A stretch of 64,000 bases of DNA from Antechinus flavipes (Eukaryota): NCBI RefSeq assembly GCF_016432865.1, contig NC_067401.1:129766001-129830000 (forward strand). The letters are read 5' to 3'. Under the pieces are notes generated by a model, which saw nothing but the letters and a program-made list of their open reading frames with translations, was not told the DNA's origin and made no database searches. The translations under genes and the position numbers were made by a program. Position 1 is the stretch's first letter; the number at the start of each line of letters is the position of its first letter. Positions 1 to 13,470 of this stretch are shown piece by piece.

Positions 1-1051
1 CCCCTAAAGAGATTTTACCTTATGACTTACAAAAGCAATCTGAAATGAGTGAAATGGGAATGGAGGTTAATGGCAAAATTCCCCTCCCCAGAGAAAAATG
101 CTGCAAAATACATCTTAGCAAAAAGATGCTCAGAAATATTTGTCTTTTTGTTTGGTGTTTTGATTAGTGCAAAGAATCCTAGTGGTGTGAAACTACATTT
201 CACCAATGCAGATAGGCAGGCAGCTTGGTCTTAGAGGACTGCCTGGGGTACCTAGGTTAAGGCCTTTCTTGTGTTCCAGAAGCCAGTGAGAGTCTAAGTA
301 AACTAAAAACCTAGGTATTCCTGACTCTGAGAACCAGATCTTTATTTATTTACTGGCTCTGAGGCTTCAGGGTGAGCTCCTTCAGCTGAGCAGTGTTCCC
401 TGGGACTTGGCCTGGATATTAAAGACTAGTCAGCTGCATTTAAATCAGGAAAATCTCTTGCCAGATGAGCGTGAGTGGTCACTGATCATGAGGGGGTGGA
501 TCTCTGGTCCTATTTGGTTTCTATCCCATGACCTAGATAAGTCCTGTTGGTGTGTTGGGTTTTGTTTTTTTTTTTTATAATTTTTTCAACAAAGGTGAGG
601 TGTTTGTTTTTTCCATGTACACACTGACAGAAAAAGAGCAAACTATGCCATGCACAGTTTCATTTTTGAAATATATTAATTTTAACAGTGGTTTCAGTAC
701 TGCCTCTGTGTATCTTTGTGTATCTATGATCCTTTTCTGAACTTTTCAACTCTATTCAGCTGTATTTTTTACATATTTCACTGATAGTTTTCTGCCTTTT
801 TTTTGCATTGCTATCATTCTCCCCCCAATAACCTTTCACCACCCTGTCCTCCTCCAATAAAAGCTCTCAATTGAAAAATAAGCACAGTCAAAGTTTATAT
901 TGTATTGATCTTGACCCAAAATGTATGCCTTCCTCTGTACCTCTGGTCCCTCACCCCTCTGCCAAGTGGTGGGAAGGCCCTCCTCATCGGAGGCCTTTGG
1001 AATTGTTTTCTCTGAAATCAGTTCCTTTTGTCATTTCTTCTGGTGCCGTAA

Positions 1052-1306
<255 letters not shown>

Positions 1307-4200
1307 CCCACTGAAAATCCGAGACTAGTCTGCCAGGGGTCTTGGTCGGGGAGTTATTGAGTGAATCCCAAAAAAGCTGCCCCACCAAGTTAGGTTATAC
1401 AACAAGCACCTTTCCAGCTACTCATTTAAGTACCTTCCAGTGAGTCTTTCTGAAAAGAGGTCCTCTGCCCCAGGGGTATCTGCAGGAGGCTTCAGGGGAG
1501 GGAGCTGCTGCTTTAGAAGTTATTTCTGGTAGCTTGAGTATTCATTACTCTGTGTGAATTGTAATACTTTCCCTTTCCCCAGAGGTGGGATGCTAACTTG
1601 ACAGACTGGTGACGTTTATTTTCACCTCAGGAGGGTGCCTTTCTCCAGAGTCTTGCCCTCAGCATTTTCAAGCCCTGGATAAGCCCTTCCACCAAGGCAT
1701 TGGTGGCTCCTTACAGTAGGTGCCCTTCCCCTGCTCTTTACCCCCAGGCCTGTGCATTCACATATCAGCCAAACCCATCTTTACTCTCTTATCTGGGACG
1801 CAAAACCAGGTTGTACTCCCCTGCCCACTTTGGTTCAGAGGGCCCCAGGACGCCAGTGATTGAGGGATTCCCACAAAAAAACCCCATAATTCAAAGGACC
1901 CTAGAGGAAAAGAAACTGGAGGAGTAGAAATCATTAAAAAAGAAGAGAAAATCAAGGAGATTTGTTGTCTTTTTTCTATAATGTTTATGCTAATTCTTGG
2001 AATGTCTGAATCCAGAATTTGTTTCATTGGAATCCGACGTTCCTGGCATGATTTATATTAGTGCTCCCAGGCTCAGCCTCTATAAAAATGTTTGGAGAGT
2101 TTTGCAGCAGGTGATGGGGATGTCAGACATCTGGATGCTCTTTTTGGCTTGGTTTCTGTTCAGAGTTTAGAGGGAGGACAGCAGCCAGTTATAGAAGATG
2201 TGCATGCGTCTGTCATCTTTACGGAGCGTGACAGCAGGAAGAGATTGCTGAAGTTCATTATAACAAGGGCTTATTCCCCTCTTGCTCTCAGGGAGTTTTG
2301 GAAAGTTCTTCATGCTTGATAATTTGATCTTTAAGATTACCAGAACCTTTCAAGCAGCCACCAGAAATAAAATTTACTGTAGTGTCTTAAGGGGAGCCTT
2401 AATTAACAAGCAGATTACATTTCTCTCCTTGTCTCCCCAACCTCAAGAAAAAAAATCACATTTTCTCATTTTTTTAAGCATCATAGTGGCGGTGGAGAAG
2501 GAGCTGGGGAATGGTCACATTACACACACACTCCCCCTCATACATTGGTGCTAGAATGAATGAAAGGGATATGACCTCACTTAAATGGCTGGTTTAGGAA
2601 TTAACCTGTGTAGTATACTAATCTTTCTTCTTGGAGGTCTAGAACATCTGTTCCATTCCTGATAAACAGCGATGTGACTTCTGTGTGTTCTTTGGATTTG
2701 TCAAACCAAGTCAGGCTTTGAGGTTGCTTCCTTTGGAATGGCATCCCAGTCACGAACTCGGCATTAATTACACCGGCATTGATCCCTCAATGCTCTTTGT
2801 CCTTGTTGCCTGAGCATTTGACTAAGGAAGACCTGCTGTGGGTGAGAAGAGGGGGATGGCTCCAGGAGCCAGATGGCGCGCTCCCAAGCCATATGGAGCT
2901 TCTAGTCGCCAAGCACTCTCAGTAGGGTCACCCCGCCAGGTGTGCCAGAAACATTCCCCGAAGCATATGGCAGGGAACTTCTTTGGATTTGTGTTTCAGT
3001 TTAGAAGAGGTAAATTGTGCCTTGTTTCAAATTTCACAGTGGAACTTTCTGTTTCTAGAAGTGTTCAAGAGGAGGGAAGGACTTTGAGCTCATCTTTAGA
3101 TGGTCTGCTTTATCTAATGGTGGAATATCATCTAATCATTAGCTCACTGAATGCGCTAATACATGGAATTTAGGAATATACTGTAACTTTGAGTTTGCAA
3201 CAGCTGGGACTGCTTTGGAGAAAGGAGGATTAATAAATAGGTATATGTGTGCTTGTACACATATATACACACATGCATGTGCATGTACACACTCATATAT
3301 AAAGGTATATACACATTTACGCACCTGCATATGTATATATAAAGGTATAATACAATGATACATATATACACACATCCCATGCATGTATATATATAACCAG
3401 AAAAAAATTATCTAAAATCTCAAAGAACCATTCTACAATTCAGGTGGGAATGCAAAGGATTCCAAGAGTATTTGCCAACAGCTGTGCTGCCTGGGGCTTG
3501 GCGTACATTCCATTCTGTTCTATTCTATCCTATTCAGTTCATTTTCATTTGATCCAGTTGTAGGACCAGCTGAGTTGTGCAGTGTACAGAGCCCTGGGTA
3601 GGTTGGAAGTCGGGGGCATCTGGAGAATTGGAGTTCCAAATCCAGCCTCAGATGCTTCCTAGCTGTGTGATTGTGGAATATCACAACTTTGATCAGCCTG
3701 TACAATGAAAGGAGATTAGACTCCTTTGAGATTAGAGATTAGAAGATTAGACCTCTTTGAGGTCCTTTCTCTTAATCTATGATAGATGATTTAACAAGCA
3801 TTTACTAAGTGCTTTTATATATTAGGGAGCAGTGGGGCTACAAAAGACTAACAGAATTGTCCCTGTTGGAAAGAACTTTCATTATCTCATTTACCCATAT
3901 ATTCTTATGTGCAAGACACTTGATTTTGTTTTTTTTTAAGGTCACAAATTACATGCTAACCCATGTTGATCTGACTTCCAGAATGCTCTCTGCCATAGAC
4001 CACAAGGGATGAGGGGTGGGGATGGGGAGAAGAGTAACACCTCTCTTTTCCGCTTTCTAGATGGCTCAGAGGTTAAAGCTCTGGGCTGGGAGATGGGAAA
4101 TCCTGATTTCAAATCCACCCTCACTTAGTCACTGTGTGACTCTGGGCTAGTCATTTAACCTCTGCCTTAATCCACTGGAGAAAGAAATGACACACCTTGC

Positions 4201-4227
4201 AAAAAAAAAAAAAAAAAAAAAAAAAAA
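4201..4227 (+). repeat. Poly(A) tract at the 3' end of a SINE fragment (4062-4200)
   Basis: 27 A following a CORE-SINE-like sequence. Confidence 0.85.
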
Positions 4228-4947
4228 CAACGCACCCCCTCACCCCCAAGAAAAGAGAGTGAACAACAGTGTTTGGCTTTTAAGCTCTCAAAACCGTTCC
4301 TGACAACAGCTTTGTGTGGTAGGTGACAAACAGCCTCAGACACTGATGTAGCCCTTTATGGTTACTGAAGCTTTTAATAGCTATTATCTCACTTGAAAAT
4401 TGGGTGGTGAGTACTGAGAGTTGTGAACAGCCATGGGATCAGAAGAACCTGACTATCCCACCAGCATGATCCTGGGCAAATTACTCATCTATCCCAAGAA
4501 CTCTTGACTACTTCCTGAGAAAGATTTTAGAAGTGAAATTTCATCAGGACTCCCATACAAATGACACTACAGGTTCAGTAAATTATAATGTAATAATTCA
4601 TTAGTCATGTGGCATGGGGGGAAGGGAGAGAACGGGGGAAGAGAGAGTGGGGAGGAAGGGAAAGGGGGAGAGAGAGAGAGAGAGGAGAGAATAAAGAGAG
4701 AAGAGTATTGGATTTGCTGCCAGAAAGTCCTGGATTAAATGCTGCCTCTGAGATGCTTACTAGTCATGTAACCATAAGGATCACTTCAGTTCTTGTTACT
4801 CCAGGCAAATCAAGGAGTAAACAGGAAGGGGTAAACTACAAGTCTGTGGTAATTGGGTTTCTGGGGGTCCTGATCACAGGGTGTGGAGGACTTTATTTAC
4901 AAGTGATTTTTATAAACTGAACCTGTCATGCTAGTGATACAGGATAG

Positions 4948-5117
4948 CAGTGAATAGACATCAGATTCACTCTCCAGCATAGACTGAGCCAGATTAAATA
5001 TAATTGGGAAATAATTTAACAAATTGAATAAAAATGCAATATAACACATACTATTAATTTGTGGCTTTTTAGCAGGGGCCTGCAGGATCTGTTTTCTATT
5101 TGAGTTTGACACTACTG
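4948..5117. mobile_element. Putative non-autonomous hAT-type DNA transposon (MITE), family A
   Basis: Shares ccagattaaa(a)tataattgggaaata.ttaacaaa..aataaaaa with 16038-16149; ends tttgagtttgacactactg (TIR-like). Confidence 0.55.
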
Positions 5118-5654
5118 GTATAAGAACGCCTTACCTTAATTTAGACCTGCAACTTGGAATCTTAGAAATTTTGCTGACAAAGTGTGAAGGTAGGTAACTT
5201 GCCGATGGTTACACAGCTGGTATATATCAGAAGTAGAAGTTGAATGCAGGGTCTCCACCTTCCAAAGCTGGCTTTCTGTCAACTGGGTCACCCTGCTTCC
5301 TTTTGCAAAGGATCATCAGACTCAAATGCTTTAAAAGATCCGAGGCTTATCAGCAGAATGACTCTCACTGCCAGTGTGGACACGATGGATTACTATGGCC
5401 AGAAAAAATTTGGTCCCTCGACCAGTCTTCTATTGATAATCCTCTTGACGCTTAGTGAGGCTGGACCTCAGAAGGATGGATACATGGTTCTTTGCCAGGG
5501 CCACATTTGAAGCCTTTGCAGTCCAGTAGGATCTTTCAGAGCATATTCTTTGCTGATGAATCTACTAGATCTAGAGGCTTCTGGAGGAGAGAGTGGGCAT
5601 CAGATGCAAAGTAGAACCTATCAATACTCTTATCCCAGCTGTTGCACTTGAAAG

Positions 5655-5862
5655 CAGGGGTTACAGGATGTAGGGAGGAGCAAGGGAGGGGGGGGTGGCA
5701 GTCTATAAATTTTGATTAGCAAAAGAAAATCTTATTTCCATATAATTGGTTTCCTTTGCAATGTCTATTTGATGCATTTAAAAGCATGATTTGGAATCAT
5801 TTATGAGATTTGCCAGATTGCAAAAAAAGTTCCATAATTCAAAAAAGATTGAGAAAACCCTA
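5655..5862. mobile_element. Putative hAT-type MITE, family B
   Basis: cagggg...atataattggtttcctttgcaat...atgcatttaaaa...ccagattgcaaa...gattgagaaaaccc; related to 16888-17080 and 24201-24375. Confidence 0.55.
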
Positions 5863-5934
5863 AAGATAGATTATTTTGTTAAGACTGTCTTTTCAGAGTG
5901 ACTTGTTTTTCATTTGTTCCCTTATTCAAATAGA

Positions 5935-6120
5935 TGACAAAAGCTAGCATTTATATAGCAATTTAAAGTTTGCAAAGTATTTTACATGTTGATCTTCACA
6001 ATCTTGTGAAATAGGTGCTATTATCCTCATTTTACAGAAGAGGAATTAAATGATTTGCCCAGGATCACATGGCCAGTATGTGTCCAACTCCAGTCTTTTC
6101 TCTTGGACATCATCCTAGCT
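5935..6120 (-). mobile_element. MIR-type SINE
   Basis: gctagcatttatatagc...tattatcctcatttacagaagagg...tgatttgcccaggatcaca. Confidence 0.7.
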
Positions 6121-6649
6121 CTCAGGGCTGGATTAGAATGTTTTAAGGTGATTTCCAACCTTAATAATATATGATAAACAAATGCAGAAAGATAAGGTCA
6201 CTCTTTAGGAAGTAATTGCACATGAAATCAGGGGCTCTCTTCCTTTCTCTTCCCTCTCCTCCCCAATTTAAGTTGCTGCCCAAAGCAAGCTTCACACACC
6301 ATTTGTTCTTTTAAAAATTTTGCTGCATTTGAGCAGTATTTCCAGAGCAGGAGCCACATAAATGAAACATTCGACTGGCCCCACTGAATAAGCTGTGACT
6401 GTCCTAACCCTTGACTTGGTTTCCAGCTATTACGATGTTACTTACGTGAATTTGGGGAAAACTGGGTATTCCAACCCCAGGTTATTGACTAGCTGTGTAA
6501 TCAAGGGTAAATCACTCCTCTCAGTTTGTTTTCTATAACAAGAAAATTAGACTAGATGGTCCCTAAGGGTCCCTCTCAGCTCTGATATTTGATGATCACT
6601 CCTTGTAATAGCTTAAGGGAAAAAAAAACCCAGACAAGAAGAGATTAAA

Positions 6650-7340
6650 CTTGTGTCAGTGTGTCTTTAACTTTTCATTCTCACAAGCCAATATCCATTG
6701 TCATATTCTGTTCATTTCACTTCATCATTTCTAGCATAGGTAACAACTACCCTAATCTAGGTGTCTCATCAAATGAATCCAAACTTTCTCCCCTAGACTA
6801 TCATACAGTATCATACAAAGTCATTTCCCAATCCATCTGCCAGACAATTATCAAATTAGATATCCCTAAAATATAGATCTCACCATAATACTCTACTAGA
6901 GAAGTCTTGGTGACTTACTGCTGCCTTTAAAATACAGATTCTATCATTTGGCATTTAATTCCCTTTATAATCTCTTCCTCTCTTATTTTATTTATCCATC
7001 ACTTGTCCATTCTGTCTTTCAGCAAAACTAGCCAACTGATTTGTTCAAACTTGTTCTGTTTTCTCTTTGTCTTTCTGCAAGCTGTTCTTGCCTAGATGCT
7101 CACCTTTTTCGCCACTGCTTTTTGGAACTACTATGGAACTCTCCTTCAAGGATTGATTCAAATGCTATCACCTTCAAGAAGTCTTCTCTGATTCAGTTTT
7201 TGTCCTTCATTCCCAAAAGAAAAGACTATGTAGGTTTTTTTGCACATATCTGATATTTTCTCATCTGTGTAAATATATCTGCTTAGATGTAAACTCCATG
7301 CCGTCATGGGCTTCCTCACATGTTGAATGATTCATTGATT
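6650..7340 (+). mobile_element. L2 LINE 3' fragment
   Basis: ccttcaaggattgattcaaatgctatcaccttcaagaagtcttctctga, ending tgttgaatgattcattgatt; heavily diverged. Confidence 0.65.
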
Positions 7341-7688
7341 ATATAAAGGACATAAATGAGAACATTTTAACAAATTTAACAAATGCCTCTTTAACAAATG
7401 CCTTGAACATTAGGTAGATATTCCAGGGAGTGTATATGTGTATGTATATATGTATGTGTGTGTTTGTGTCTGTGTCTGTCTGTGTGTGTGTGTGCGTATC
7501 CCAGGTACCTCATTAAGATTCTAAACTGGTAACCAAAAGTATATAATATGTATGATAAGTACATATATCTTATAACAAAAATAACTGGATTTTTATTCTA
7601 CGAGAAGAAAACCAGTGTTGGTTTCACAGATGCTTTGGACAGAAAATCTTAAAAGAAACATTCAATTCAGGATTCTAGTTGGGGTGAA

Positions 7689-7690
<2 letters not shown>

Positions 7691-7726
<36 letters not shown>
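7691..7726. repeat. (TG)18 microsatellite
   Basis: Direct read. Confidence 0.95.
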
Positions 7727-7727
<1 letters not shown>

Positions 7728-9500
7728 TTCACATGAAAAATGGTTTTTTACTCCTTTTATTATGATTTCTTTTCAATTTGGTTGGTTAATATGTGCTCTT
7801 CAAACTGCTTTTCATCAATATTCTCCTTTTGTGTTACTGCCACCTATTGGTTAGCCTCAAAGAGTTAGTTACTATTATTTAAGAAATCTTTGGATAGTGT
7901 CAAATTTTTATACTTCTCACTCCCCAATCTTATTTTAAAAATGGCTTCTTCTTAATACTCAGACTGCTATTGACAGATACTCTAATCTAGCATATAATTA
8001 TCTGAGAACAGTTTTCATTTTAATGCTCTATGAGAGAAATGATCTGTTACTGCAGTCTTTTTGTTTGGTTGTTTGTTTTATGGATGCTTTTTGTTTTTCA
8101 CAGTATATATTCTTCTCTTGCATTGAACCCTCTTGTAACAAGGAAAAACCGATTCAGCAAAATTAATGGACACATCAACTGCACCTGCAAAGGTATGCTA
8201 CATTCTGTATCAGTAGTTCCTCACCTTTCTTCCATAAAGATGTGTCTTAAAGTCCCTTTTGGACTTCAGATAGAATGTCTATGTGAAAACATTAGATATA
8301 AGCTAAACTGGTAGAAGAGATAACGTCTTCTAGGCTTAACCCTGTCTCTTATGTTTCCCTTGTCTCCTCTTTCCCAAGAATTAAGTTTGAAATGGGGATC
8401 CCTGTACCCCAGATCTCTTTGATTACTGTTGGGGAAATAAATCAGTTGTATAATGTTGAGGTTATTATCCTACATCTGGTATAATGATCATTCAGGACCA
8501 GAACCAATGTTTAATTCAACATTCCTTTTGCTAAAATCATATTCCAATATTCTCAAGGAGAAAGAATTCTCAAAGCTTCAAAGCAATTTAGAGGATAAAA
8601 ATAAATAAAAATTTCTGGCAAGAAGATTTATTTTTCAAAAGGCAATCAGCAAAGAGGTTCCCCAGGAAAGGAGTTCATTATACCCCTCTGCTATCTTAAG
8701 GCTTTCTGAACTCTGCCTCAAATAGCCATATTCTAGTGGGTAAATACCCAAAAGAAGCCTCCTTCTCTTCTTGAGGGCCTTGGTGTATACTATATTGACA
8801 ATAAAATGTCCATTGGACCAGATGAGTCCATGGTGACAGAGACCCTAGATTAGATGGTGGTCTGTTTGAGGAAAAAGAAAATCCAAGGTCCAACGTAATC
8901 AAGTTTGGGGGAATAGAATAGATGGGAGAAAACTTAGAGTTTTACATGCACAAGCTTGGAATAAGCTACTGACTCTCACTCCTCTCCAATCTAAAAAGGA
9001 AGTCCAAAGGCTTACTCTTTTAGAGAATCCACATTCCCCACTTGGGCATCTTAATGGAACTCATTTACTGAGTCACATTCAAGTCTACCTCTTTCAAGCA
9101 GGGTCTAGGATAGACTATATCCCAGCAAGAACAGTATATCTGGTATCTCTTCCCTTGGGCTTTTATGACTGTGGGAAACTCCTTCACTCCATCCCCCCTT
9201 TTTCGGAAGTCTCCATCCTTAAGAGCTTAGCCATATGGAGCCTTTATAGGCACCAAGAAGTGTACAAAATAAGTAATCATTAGGCTTTTGGAGCTTCAAG
9301 TTCCCCCAAGAAGATTTCCTATACCATTTTTAAAAGGCAGGTTTTTTATTTAAACCTGTTCCTTAGTCTTTGTTGCAGCTGAACAGATGAAGTAGAAACA
9401 TAGAATCATCATACATTTGAGAATTATCTATTATGAATTGGATAATACAAGATGGCCCCTCGGACATAAGGATAGGGTGCAGAGGGCCTCTATTGTTTGG

Positions 9501-10310
9501 TTTTTAATTTTAATTTAAAATTTTCTAATGGCATATTTTCCAATCACATATAAATATAATTTTTAGCATTCATTTTTACACAAATATGAGTTCCAAATTA
9601 TTTTCCCTTCCCTTTTCCTAAAAGAGTAAGCAATTTGATATAGGTTATACATGTGCAATTATATAAAACACATTTCTATATTTACACAATTGTGAAAGAA
9701 AAAACAGATCAGGTGGAAAAAATCATAAAAAAGCAAAAATAGCATGTTTTGTTCTTCATTTAGAGTCTATCAGTTCTTTCTCTGGAGATGGATGGCATTT
9801 TCCACGCCAAGTCTTTTGGAATTGCCTTGGATTACTGTATTGCTGAGAATAGCTAAGCCATTCACAGTTGATTATTGTTATAATGTTGCTGTTCCTGTGT
9901 ACAATGTTGCTCTGGTTTTGCTCACTTCACTTAGCATCAGTTCATGTAAATATTTTCAGGTTTTCTGAAATCTGCCTGCTTATCATTTCTTTGGGCTCAA
10001 TAGTATTCTATTATATTCATAAACCACAATATGTTCAGCCATTCCCAATTGATGAGCATCCCTTCAATTCATGATTTTTTTCTACCTCAAAAAGCTGTCA
10101 TATCAGAAGAATTATACATGTTTAATCTATATCAAATTGCTTGCTCTCTAGGGGAAGGGAAAAAAAAGTGGGAGGGTGAAAAATTTGGAATATAAGATTT
10201 TGCAAAGGTGAATGCTTGAAAACTCTTTGCTTGTATTTGGAAACATAAAAAATTATTTATCTTAAAGAAGAGCTGCCATATATATTTTTGTACACATGTG
10301 GCCTCTGTTG
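9501..10310 (-). mobile_element. LINE-1 3' fragment (ORF2 end/3'UTR), interrupted by a second L1 tail
   Basis: Reverse complement of the L1 3' motifs seen at 10465-11242 (e.g. ctcacttcacttagcatcagttcatgtaa; attcccaattgatg). Confidence 0.85.
10104..10266 (+). mobile_element. Short LINE-1 3' tail nested in the preceding L1
   Basis: G-rich L1 terminus (aggggaaggg...aatttggaa...ttttgcaaag...gaatg) + A-rich end; degenerate TSD 10089-10103 / 10267-10281. Confidence 0.75.
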
Positions 10311-10464
10311 TTAAATGAAAATAAATTTCTCACTGGGTCCCTCAAGGATTACTACCCTTCACATACAGAGACTAAAGCCTCTAGTCCAGGTTCAGAGTCT
10401 TGCCTCTCCCTTTTACTAATCTAATGAGCTCTAATCCATAAGGACCTTAAAAGAGTTCTGTAAC

Positions 10465-11242
10465 ATTAATACATTGTTGATGGAATTGTGAACTGATCCA
10501 ACCATTCTGGAGAGTACTTTGGAGTTATGCCCAAAGGGCTATCTAACTGTGCATACTCTTTAATCCAGCAGTGTCTCTATTGGGCCTGTATCCCAAAGAG
10601 ATTATGAAAAAGAAAAAAGGACCCACATCTGCAAAAATATTTGTGGCAGCCCCTTTTGTAGTGCGAAGGAACTGGAAATTGAGTGGATGCCCATCAGTTG
10701 GGGAATGGCTGAATAAGTTATGATATATGAATGCAATGGAAGATTATTATTCTATAAGAAATGACCAGCAGGATGACTTCAGAGAGGCTTGGAGAGACTT
10801 ACATGAACTGATGCTAAGTGAAGTGAGCAGAAACAGGAGATCATTATACACAGCAACAATAATCAATTCTGATGGATGTGGCTCTTTTAAACAAGTAATT
10901 TAGGCCAACTCCACTAGACTTGTGATGGAAAGAGCCATCTACATGCAGAAAAGGGAACTATGGAGACTGACTATGGATTACAACATAGTATTTGTATTTT
11001 TTGGTTGTTTGCTTGCCGTTTTTTCCTTCTCATTTTTTTCTTTCTTTCTTTTTTTTTTTTTTTTTTTGATCTAATTTTTTCTTGTACAGCATGATAATTG
11101 TAGAAAGATGTATGGAAGAATTGCACATTTAACATATATTGGATTACTTGCTGTCTAGGGGAGGGGAAGGGAGAGAAAAAAATTTGAAACACAAGGTTTT
11201 GCAAGGGAGAATGCTAAAAATTCTCCTTGCATGTATCTGTAA
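10465..11242 (+). mobile_element. 5'-truncated LINE-1 (ORF2 C-terminus + 3'UTR)
   Basis: acattgttgatggaattgtgaactgatccaaccattctggagag..., acatgaactgatgctaagtgaagtgagcagaa, G-rich terminus. Confidence 0.9.
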
Positions 11243-11402
11243 GAGGGCAAATATTTGGTATTGTTCTGCTGATGGTGGCTCCTGGGGTGAGAGAGTTTTG
11301 GTATATTAGAGAAGAAATACTGAGCAGACAGCAAGGTGACACAGTGGGATAGCATGCGGGATTTGGAGTCAGGAAGACTTAAGTTCAAATGTGGTCTGAG
11401 AC

Positions 11403-11915
11403 GTTATGGAATATTATTGTTCTGTAAGAAATGACCAGCGGGATGAATACAGAGAGGATTGGAGAGACTTACATGAACTGACGCTAAGTGAAATGAGCAG
11501 AACCAGGAGACCATTATATACTTCAACAATGATACTGTTTGAGGATGTATTCTGATGGAAGTGGATCTCTTTGACAAAGAGAACTTTAATTGATCAAAGA
11601 ATCAATTTCAATCAAGGACAGAAGCAGCTACACCCAAAGAAAGAACACTGGGAAATGAATATAAACTGCTTGCATTTTTGTTTTTCTTCCCGGGTTATTT
11701 ATACCTTCTGAATTAATTCTCTCTGTGCAACAAGAAAACTTGCACACATATATTGTATCCATTCTGCACACATATATTGTATCTAGGATATACTGTAACC
11801 TATTCAACATGTAAAGGACTGCTTGCCATCTGGGGGAGGGGGTGGAGAGAGGGAGGGGAAAAACTGGAACAGAAGTGAATGCAAGGGATAATGCTGTAAA
11901 AAATTACCCTGGCAT
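11403..11915 (+). mobile_element. LINE-1 3' fragment of a distinct subfamily, running into an assembly gap
   Basis: Shares ggagagacttacatgaactga...agtgaaatgagcagaaccagg with other L1 copies but has a different 3'UTR (cacacatatattgtatctagg); 24-bp internal duplication 11741-11783. Confidence 0.88.
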
Positions 11916-12064
11916 NNNNNNNNNNNNNNNNNNNNNNNNNNNNNNNNNNNNNNNNNNNNNNNNNNNNNNNNNNNNNNNNNNNNNNNNNNNNNNNNNNNNN
12001 NNNNNNNNNNNNNNNNNNNNNNNNNNNNNNNNNNNNNNNNNNNNNNNNNNNNNNNNNNNNNNNN
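11916..12064. other. Assembly gap (N run)
   Basis: N characters, abutting L1. Confidence 1.
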
Positions 12065-12604
12065 AAATGTCAAACCACTTCAGTTACCTTGCTAATAAAA
12101 TCCCAAATAAGGTCATAAAAAGTTGGACATGAGTAAAAAAATGACAAAATAACCGAGTGGGTGGTGGTATGAGGGGAAGCTTTAGTATTACCTTAGTTCC
12201 CAGTACAGGTTGCATTTAAGAGGCTTCTGACATCTTAGCTAGTTTATTATAAATGACCTTGATGTGGAATGACTGTGCCAAAGGTGTCATCATCTATGGG
12301 GGACCTTGGTGTTTCTGGTACTGCTCCTTCCCATTGTCATCAGTTTATATCAGGAGATTCCTTATGAACTTCAAAAGATTCAGCATTACCTATCCCATGG
12401 CCCAAATTGTTGATATATAGAATTAGGCAGGTTTTTTCTAGGGAGAAGGAAAGTCCAGGATTTCTGGTCTTTGCTGTCTTGGGTTTTTCTTTGCTACTAC
12501 TTATGGTCAATGCTAATTTTGTTGTTATTGTTGTATATTTTGCTATATATTTAGTTTAGTTTTTAGTTCTGACTTATGCAGTCTCCACTCATCTTTCAAA
12601 CTAG

Positions 12605-12708
12605 AATTATCTAGTAAAAGTCTTAAAGACTTTTAAATGGAAGATTTAAATATTTAAATTATCTAATAAAAGTCCTAAAGACATTTAAATAGAAGATTTA
12701 AATATTTA
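12605..12708. repeat. Imperfect 52-bp tandem duplication
   Basis: aattatctagtaaaagtcttaaagacttttaaatggaagatttaaatattta vs aattatctaataaaagtcctaaagacatttaaatagaagatttaaatattta; 4 mismatches. Confidence 0.92.
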
Positions 12709-13234
12709 AATAGAATGGAAGATTCTAACAGATGTTTAGAATCTTGCTGCCAAGGGGTAGGACATGGCAGGACCTCTATCTACAAGGTTTGTGACATGGG
12801 TTGAGCACATTTTTCTCGTAAAAGGTTACAATATTGTCCCTGTGATTTGATTGGCTGAGAGAGCTAAAGTTCAAACTGTGCCATGCTTGATACAATCTCC
12901 AGGTAGCCTCCAGCCATATGGGCATGACTTCCCTGTCATCTAAGGGCATTACAAAAGCCATTCATGTGGAAGCATGGCCCTTCAGATTTGGCAGGTCTCT
13001 CAAGACTACATCAGTCACCAACACTCTGCCTTACTGATTGGGAGTTTCTATATGGAGTTACATAGTGGAACATATCTATCCCAAATTGAGTCCTGGAATT
13101 TTCTTGTTGAAAATCACTTCTGTGTTATTACTAAGTAAGCCTCCTTTTGCTAATTAAAAAAAAAACTCAGCAGGGAGTTTTTCTAGGGTCTCAGGGCTCT
13201 CAAAAACTACTTGCATATATTCCAGTTGGGAATT

Positions 13235-13470
13235 AGGTGTGATGATGCAGTGAATAGAGCACTGAACTTGGAATTAGGAAGTCTAATCTTCATGAGTTCA
13301 AATCTTGCTTCAGACAATAACTGTGTGACCCTGGTCAAGCCACTTAACTTTGTCTGCTTCAGTTTTCTCATCTGTAAAGTGAACTGGAGAGGGACAAACC
13401 ACTCCAGTATTTTTGCCAAGAAAACTTCAAATGAGGTGATAAAGAGTTGAAAACAGTTGAACAATAATAA
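13235..13470 (+). mobile_element. Mar1-type CORE-SINE
   Basis: tRNA-like head gcagtgaatagagcactg...gagttcaaatc, CORE ctgtgtgaccctgg...ctcatctgtaaa, RTE-like tail aaaccactccagtatttttgccaagaaaac. Confidence 0.8.

Noticed and set aside
2366-3237. AATAAA at 2366-2371 and 3232-3237 as the DUSP3 polyA site
   Set aside because: Cannot choose between them, or exclude a more distal site, without transcript data
12730-13200. Possible decayed coding or retroelement sequence (61-aa minus ORF 12776-12961)
   Set aside because: No recognisable motif; too short and degenerate to call
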